From an uncultured bacterium (lineage in GTDB: Bacteria > Electryoneota > RPQS01 > CBDVBD01), in contig CBDVBD010000001.1 in NCBI GenBank assembly GCA_965372135.1, positions 3,964 to 67,963 of the forward strand: a stretch of 64,000 nt of DNA, in the 5' to 3' direction. Of the stretch, positions 58,698 to 64,000 are shown one piece after another (positions within the stretch are counted from its first letter, which is position 1; the number at the start of each line of letters is the position of its first letter). The notes beneath the pieces are model-generated. The model was not told where the DNA came from. It searched no databases and was given only the letters and a program-made list of their open reading frames with translations. Both the position numbers and the translations under genes were made by a program.

Positions 58698-61112
58698 ATG
58701 ATTCAAAATTATTTAAAAGTCATAGTTCGCAATATCCTCAGATATAAAGGATATTCCTTCATTAATATTTTCGGCTTGACCATAGGCATAGTCTGTTTTG
58801 TCTTGATTGCACTGTTTGTACAGGACGAATTGAGCTATGACCGTTACCACCAGAAAGCAGACCGGATTTACAAAGTCGGCATTTCAGCGTTAGTGAATGA
58901 CAGCGAAATTCATGGCAACCTGGCAAGTGCACCATTCGCCTTTACACTTCTCGAGGAATTTCCGGAAGTCGAAGCGGTCACCCGTATTCGAAACTTCGGA
59001 TTTCCCGTGATACGATATGACAATAAAGCCTTCAGTGAAGAGCGATGGTTTTATGCCGACTCGACATTTTTCGATGTGTTCACTGTGCCATTCCTACAGG
59101 GAGATCCAAACACTGCACTTACACAACCACTTTCAGTAGTATTATCCCGCTCCATGGCGGAGAAATATTTCGGTGATGAAGATCCCATGGGAAAAATCCT
59201 GAATTCGGACAATCGGACGGATTTTTTAGTGACCGGTGTTTTTGAGGATGTTCCTCACAATTCCCACGTTCATTATGATTTCCTGGCATCTATGTGCTCA
59301 GTGGAGGACAGCCGAAATCAAAGGTGGCTCAGTAACAATTATCACACCTACTTTGTATTGAATGGGGCAGCGTCGACAGAGGAATTTGAAGTAAAAATAC
59401 AAACATTAGCCGATAAATATGTTTTTCCAATAGCTACACAAATCTTTGGAACTTCAGTTGATCAGTTGTTTGCAGAGGGAGGATATTTTAGGTACCTAAT
59501 GCAACCGGTTACCGATATCCATCTCTATTCACACCTGGAATATGAACTCGAACCGAACAGCGATATCCGCTATGTGTATATATTTTCAATTATCGCCATT
59601 GCAATTCTACTCATCGCTTGCGTCAACTTCGTGAATTTAGCAACCGCTAGATCAGCTAGGAGGGCTAAAGAAATTGGGATACGGAAGACCGTGGGATCGA
59701 GCCGTTTTCAATTGATCCGGCAATTCCTGGCGGAAACCATTGCTATGAGTTTCGTAGCAGTTTTATTGGCACTACCAATAATTGAAATATTACTGCCCCA
59801 ATTTAACTCTTTAACTGGGAAACACCTTAGTCTTTCGTACCTGCAAAATCTCCAAACCATTCCAATTCTCCTTGGGATCACCCTGCTGGTGGGAATCATT
59901 GCCGGCACCTATCCTGCGCTATATATGGCATCGTTCGATCCTGTGCGAGTCATGAAGGGTGAATCAATTGGAAACCAGAGAAAATCCAGACTGCGGAGCG
60001 TGCTGGTGGTTTTCCAATTTGCAGTTTCCATAGCCCTTATAATCGGGACTATTTCGGTGTACCGGCAATTAGAATTCATTCAAAATGTGAAGTTAGGTTT
60101 TCAGCGGGAGCAGGTAGTTATAATTAAAAAAACTGATGATCTTGGAGCACAGATTGATCCTTTTATGCAAGAATTGCTAAGTGTTCCAGGAGTGGTTAGT
60201 GTGTCCAAGAGTGGGAACCTAATGGGGACCTACTTTGGCGATAATCTTTATCGATCGAGTGTTGCCCCAAAGGAGGATAATCAGATTACACGGAGAGTAT
60301 GGACCGATAGAAATTTCGCTGATACCTATCGGATGAAAATGGTACAGGGGAGTTATTTTTCCGAAGAATTTACCGGGCATCAGGATAAGATAGTAATTAA
60401 TCAGTCAGCGGTTTCAGCTTTCGGATTGACCGATCCGATTGGGCAAAAGCTTGTCGATACGGACACGGATCAAAACGAATTCACAATTATAGGGGTAGTG
60501 GAAGATTTTCACTTCGAGTCCCTGCAATTCCAGATAAAACCACTTTTGATCCATCCATTGGCGTCCGATGACATTGCGAAATTCACTTCGGTGCTCATTG
60601 AGCCCGGAAAAATTAGGACTATGTTATCTTCTTTCCAGGATATCTGGCATAAATACGCCCTGAATCAGGCGTTCGAATACGAGTTTTTCGACGAACGTTT
60701 CGCGAAATTATATCTTACGGAAGAAAAAACTGGACAAATTCTAATGGTGTTTACAATCATCGCTATTTTTATAGCCAGTTTGGGCTTATTCGGTTTAGCC
60801 GCATTCATTACACAGCAACGCACCAAGGAAATCGGCATTCGGAAAATACTTGGTGCCAGCGTGTCAAATATCATTGGATTGCTGTCCAAAGAATTTCTGA
60901 TTTTAGTTGCGATTGCGAATGTCATCGCAATCCCGATTGCCTATTACGTTATGAGTAAATGGCTGGAAAATTTCGCATATCGTATGGAAATTAGCTGGGT
61001 GATCTTTTTCATGGCAGCGGTTCTTGCATTAATAATTGCCATGATATCGGTTAGCATCCAAGCCATCAAAGCCGCTGTCGCAAATCCGGTAGATTCACTG
61101 AGATATGAATAA
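58698..61112 (+). CDS. MacB/FtsX-type ABC permease (paralog 10)
   Basis: N-terminus MIQNYLKVIVRNILRYK. Ends NPVDSLRYE. Confidence 0.8.
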   Translation: MIQNYLKVIVRNILRYKGYSFINIFGLTIGIVCFVLIALFVQDELSYDRYHQKADRIYKVGISALVNDSEIHGNLASAPFAFTLLEEFPEVEAVTRIRNFGFPVIRYDNKAFSEERWFYADSTFFDVFTVPFLQGDPNTALTQPLSVVLSRSMAEKYFGDEDPMGKILNSDNRTDFLVTGVFEDVPHNSHVHYDFLASMCSVEDSRNQRWLSNNYHTYFVLNGAASTEEFEVKIQTLADKYVFPIATQIFGTSVDQLFAEGGYFRYLMQPVTDIHLYSHLEYELEPNSDIRYVYIFSIIAIAILLIACVNFVNLATARSARRAKEIGIRKTVGSSRFQLIRQFLAETIAMSFVAVLLALPIIEILLPQFNSLTGKHLSLSYLQNLQTIPILLGITLLVGIIAGTYPALYMASFDPVRVMKGESIGNQRKSRLRSVLVVFQFAVSIALIIGTISVYRQLEFIQNVKLGFQREQVVIIKKTDDLGAQIDPFMQELLSVPGVVSVSKSGNLMGTYFGDNLYRSSVAPKEDNQITRRVWTDRNFADTYRMKMVQGSYFSEEFTGHQDKIVINQSAVSAFGLTDPIGQKLVDTDTDQNEFTIIGVVEDFHFESLQFQIKPLLIHPLASDDIAKFTSVLIEPGKIRTMLSSFQDIWHKYALNQAFEYEFFDERFAKLYLTEEKTGQILMVFTIIAIFIASLGLFGLAAFITQQRTKEIGIRKILGASVSNIIGLLSKEFLILVAIANVIAIPIAYYVMSKWLENFAYRMEISWVIFFMAAVLALIIAMISVSIQAIKAAVANPVDSLRYE

Positions 61113-61133
61113 ACTTAATTAAAGGTGAACATC

Positions 61134-61412
61134 ATGAGAGAAGTCGTCATTCAAATTCCTACAATCGAAGCGGAACAGAATATTGAAATCGATGTCAAAA
61201 TCAACGGCAGAAAACGCACCATCAAGTACCGGGTAGAAATAATAGACTGGGAAGGCGATGAGCCTACCACTGAAACCAGACTGGAAACTATCCGTAGCGT
61301 AATCCGGGAACGTGACCGCGACTGGGAACTGATCCAAATCGGTGCACCAATTAAGGACAGTGTCCCGATTATGTTCCGGAAACGAATGAAAAACAACCAT
61401 CACAATAATTAA
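61134..61412 (+). CDS. Small hypothetical protein (92 aa, charged, no TM)
   Basis: ATG 61134 preceded by AAAGGTG. No recognisable motif. Confidence 0.35.
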   Translation: MREVVIQIPTIEAEQNIEIDVKINGRKRTIKYRVEIIDWEGDEPTTETRLETIRSVIRERDRDWELIQIGAPIKDSVPIMFRKRMKNNHHNN

Positions 61413-61424
61413 TTGGCATTATGT

Positions 61425-61466
61425 GCCACCGTAACCGATTCCGTGGATTCCCTAAGATACGAATAA
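61425..61466 (+). pseudogene. Fossil 3' end of an eleventh FtsX permease (13 codons ...ATVTDSVDSLRYE* with stop)
   Basis: VDSLRYE-stop is identical to the paralog C-termini. Nucleotide similarity to CCGGTGGATTCACTGAGATATGAATAA. No upstream permease body. Confidence 0.5.
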
Positions 61467-61511
61467 AATATGAATAATAACGAAATAGCCTGATCTGTAA
61501 GGTCGCAGAAA

Positions 61512-61548
61512 AATCCCGTGCCGGATGTTCGGCAGGGGATTTTAATTT
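61512..61548 (+). terminator. Intrinsic terminator at the end of the permease array
   Basis: A-run, then an 11/12-bp stem AATCCCGTGCCG/CGGCAGGGGATT with a 6-nt loop, then TTTAATTT. Confidence 0.45.
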
Positions 61549-61631
61549 CCGCCCCTTTTTACTTGATTTTCTCGTCTGATACCTTATATTATTGTTACCA
61601 TGACTTCTTAATCCAAATTCGAGGTGTGACA

Positions 61632-64000
61632 ATGAGGAAATCATTACCATCCGGAACAGTAAGTCTATGTTTTCTATTGATGTTTCTCACCTTCCCCGGT
61701 ATAGACCTCCAAGCCGATCCTCAACCACTACCCGCCGATCCGAATATTCTCAGTCTGGTGAACCAGTTAAGCGCTGATTCATTATTGGAAAATGTCACTA
61801 CGCTTGTCAATTTCCACACTCGGCACACCTATTCGGACACCGTATCCTCAAACCGCGGCATTGGTGCCGCCCGCACCTGGACCCGGGCGAAATTCGATTT
61901 ATGGGGCACCTCCACTGAATTTTTCCCCTGGACCTCCTATTTTGGCGGACACCTATTTAATTGTTACAACGTACACGCCACCGTGAACGGAAATGCCGGA
62001 GATATTCCCGGCATAATCCTCGGTGGACACCTGGATTCGCGTGGGGCTTCAGGCTCCGATACCTCCGTCTTCGCACCCGGCGCAGATGACGACGGCAGTT
62101 CGGTGGCAGCCATGCTTGAAATGAATCGCGTCCTGGCAGGTACCAACTTGGATAACATCATTACATTATCCGCCTTCGCCGGTGAGGAACAAGGACTGCT
62201 GGGCGCTCATGCCTATGCCCAATCATTACAAAATTCCGGTGCCGATCTCACCGCCATGCTTAACATGGATATGATCGGACACATCGTTCACCCAAGCGGC
62301 TTAACGGATTCCACCACCCTGCGTTGCTTTTCCGGACCACCCCAGGGATCATCCTCCCGCCAGTTAGCCCGGTACGTGAAATGGGTCGGGGAAGCCTATT
62401 CCGATGGATTGACCGTCACCCTGATCAATGCCTTGGATCGTCCTGGTCGCAGCGGTGACCACGTCGCATTCTACAACCGCGGCTTCCCGTCGGTACGTAT
62501 CATGGAAACCGCCGAAGACGTCGCATTTCAACACGGTCCCAACGACATCCCCGAAAATATGTCATTCTCCTATGCCCGGAAAATCTGCCGGCTTGTCCTT
62601 GGTGTAACCACAGTTTTGGCATTAACTGAATCACAGCCGCCGGCGCCGGAAGTGATCAATGGTGGTGATGGCGAAACCTTGATAGTATCCTGGTCGGATT
62701 CCTTGACCCCACCTCCCGGAGGAGTTATTCGCATCGCGTATCGAATAACGGATGAGTTGAACTGGGAGGATATCCTGACCACTTCCGATCCTCCCCCTTA
62801 CGTAATTTCCGGATTGACCGAATATCAAGAATACGGCATCAGCATTTCCGTATCGAATCAGGACGGACTGCCATCACCATTCAGCGGTGAAACCAACGGC
62901 ACACCAATTGGAGCTGTGCCCCCGGATAACTTCGAAACCACATCCACGCCCAACAATGTACACCTGCAATGGACACCCCGACCCGAACAAAATACTCAGG
63001 ATTACCTCATCGAACGCACCATTCCCGGCGGGCAATTCGCCCAAATAACCACCATAACTCATCCTGATTCGGAATGGTTCGACACCGACCTGGAAATCGG
63101 ACAGTTGTATCTGTACCGTGTAAGAACCCGTACCACAGAACAAATTGTTGGAGAACCGACCCCCATTCAGGAAGGTCGCTTGGCATCACATCACCTGGGA
63201 ATCCTGGTGATAGATGCCACTCCCGATGGTGCAGGTGCCCCCAGTTTTCCCGGTGATGAGGAGGTTGACCAGTTCTACGATTCCCTGCTGGCAGCTTTCG
63301 AAGTTTCGGATAACTGGGATCGACGAGACAGCATCAATGCCAATGTGACCATTTCCGATGCCGACTTGGCACCCTATTCCCACGTCTTCGTACACATCGA
63401 CGCTATGAATACAACCATTGCTGAAGATACCACTGCGTTTCGTAAGTTCCTGGCGAATTGGGGGAGAATTATGATCTCGGGTTGGAGGTTGTCGAATGTG
63501 TTAGCAGGAAGAACCGGCTACAATCACGGGTTCCATCCCGGCGACTTTATGTATGATATATACGGAATCGATTCCATCCGAGTCACTCCACTGCCTGAGA
63601 TGGAATTTGTCGGAACCTCGGGATCGAGCGGTTATCCCAACCTGGATTTCGATTCGGCACGATTCCCGGTATGGCAGGGGGGACTTCTCCTGATAGATGC
63701 GATATGGACAGAAACCTTCCCCGGCGACGTGGATGTGATTGCCACGTTCTTGGCAAATTCAGGTGCTTCCTATCCTCATCATGGACGAAACATCGGACTT
63801 CGTGGAGGAAGCGCCAACCCTTCCTGGATCCTCATGGATGTCCCGGTATTTTACATGACAACTGCTTCGGCGTATAATTTCCTGAACCATGCTTTAAGTG
63901 ACCTTGATGCGCCAATGGTTTATGTGGACGATCCGGGAGTGGAGGTTACACCCCTTAGATTCCAATTAGCCAATCCATACCCCAATCCATTCAACGCCAT
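61632..64000 (+). CDS. Secreted M28-family peptidase with Fn3-like repeats and T9SS-type C-terminal sorting domain onset; 3' end lies outside the window
   Basis: ATG 61632 with GAGGTG upstream. Continuous frame to the window end. The automated ORF track missed it because there is no stop in the window. Signal peptide. M28 blocks GGHLDSRG...APGADDDGSSVAAMLE...FAGEEQGLLGAHAY...MLNMDMIGH. Two Fn3-like segments. The last residues ..LANPYPNPFNA match the start of a T9SS/Por C-terminal domain. Confidence 0.7.
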   Translation, partial: MRKSLPSGTVSLCFLLMFLTFPGIDLQADPQPLPADPNILSLVNQLSADSLLENVTTLVNFHTRHTYSDTVSSNRGIGAARTWTRAKFDLWGTSTEFFPWTSYFGGHLFNCYNVHATVNGNAGDIPGIILGGHLDSRGASGSDTSVFAPGADDDGSSVAAMLEMNRVLAGTNLDNIITLSAFAGEEQGLLGAHAYAQSLQNSGADLTAMLNMDMIGHIVHPSGLTDSTTLRCFSGPPQGSSSRQLARYVKWVGEAYSDGLTVTLINALDRPGRSGDHVAFYNRGFPSVRIMETAEDVAFQHGPNDIPENMSFSYARKICRLVLGVTTVLALTESQPPAPEVINGGDGETLIVSWSDSLTPPPGGVIRIAYRITDELNWEDILTTSDPPPYVISGLTEYQEYGISISVSNQDGLPSPFSGETNGTPIGAVPPDNFETTSTPNNVHLQWTPRPEQNTQDYLIERTIPGGQFAQITTITHPDSEWFDTDLEIGQLYLYRVRTRTTEQIVGEPTPIQEGRLASHHLGILVIDATPDGAGAPSFPGDEEVDQFYDSLLAAFEVSDNWDRRDSINANVTISDADLAPYSHVFVHIDAMNTTIAEDTTAFRKFLANWGRIMISGWRLSNVLAGRTGYNHGFHPGDFMYDIYGIDSIRVTPLPEMEFVGTSGSSGYPNLDFDSARFPVWQGGLLLIDAIWTETFPGDVDVIATFLANSGASYPHHGRNIGLRGGSANPSWILMDVPVFYMTTASAYNFLNHALSDLDAPMVYVDDPGVEVTPLRFQLANPYPNPFNA

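Noticed and set aside
30568-61112. Possibility that the regularly spaced repeated units are a CRISPR array or other short-repeat array.
   Set aside because: The repeating units are complete ~2.4-kb protein-coding paralogs with divergent sequence, not 25-50-bp direct repeats with spacers. No cas genes are present.
1-64000. Search for tRNA, rRNA, integrase, transposase and phage genes that would mark a mobile island.
   Set aside because: No cloverleaf-like tRNA candidates, no rRNA-like conserved stretches, and no DDE transposase or tyrosine-recombinase motifs were recognised. The tail-fibre-like protein stands alone without phage structural neighbours.

Overview
This is a 64-kb accessory-type region, about 46-47% GC, from a bacterium that looks like the FCB superphylum (a T9SS-type C-terminal sorting signal, sigma-54 two-component systems, many ~800-aa double-FtsX permeases). 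It contains no rRNA, tRNA, CRISPR array or recognisable IS/transposase.

The window divides into five parts:

(1) 1-5.6 kb is a tightly packed lipid/acyl-modification cassette, with some genes overlapping. It encodes a DAGK-family lipid kinase C-terminus, a PurM/AIR-synthase-like protein, an SDR, a cobalamin-binding radical-SAM enzyme and an AMP-forming acyl-CoA ligase.

(2) 6.1-9.9 kb is a secreted-protein set: a Gly/Tyr-repeat tail-fibre-like surface protein, a C10 (streptopain-family) cysteine peptidase and a small Fn3-like protein.

(3) 10.7-14.5 kb is an NtrC-type sigma-54 activator plus sensor kinase. Downstream (14.7-21.7 kb) is a cluster of uncharacterised secreted and membrane proteins. 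It includes an LVIVD-repeat lipoprotein and four consecutive paralogous proteins sharing a small N-terminal beta-domain. At least two of its genes sit behind near-consensus -24/-12 elements, and one ORF is interrupted by a single in-frame TAA.

(4) 21.9-28 kb on the minus strand holds a GH38 alpha-mannosidase and a second NtrC-type response regulator plus histidine kinase.

(5) 28.3-64 kb on the plus strand is the most striking locus. A perfect sigma-54 promoter (TGGCAC-N5-TTGC), with upstream palindromes, faces the divergent NtrC/HK pair. It drives one HlyD-type adaptor, two stand-alone ABC ATPases and ten intact tandem ~780-816-aa MacB/FtsX-type permease paralogs. At least two decayed permease copies are present, one of them a 13-codon C-terminal fossil. 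Embedded in the array are a TonB-dependent-receptor-like barrel plus lipoprotein pair and two M28 peptidases. The 3' M28 gene carries Fn3 repeats and a T9SS C-terminal domain and runs off the window end.
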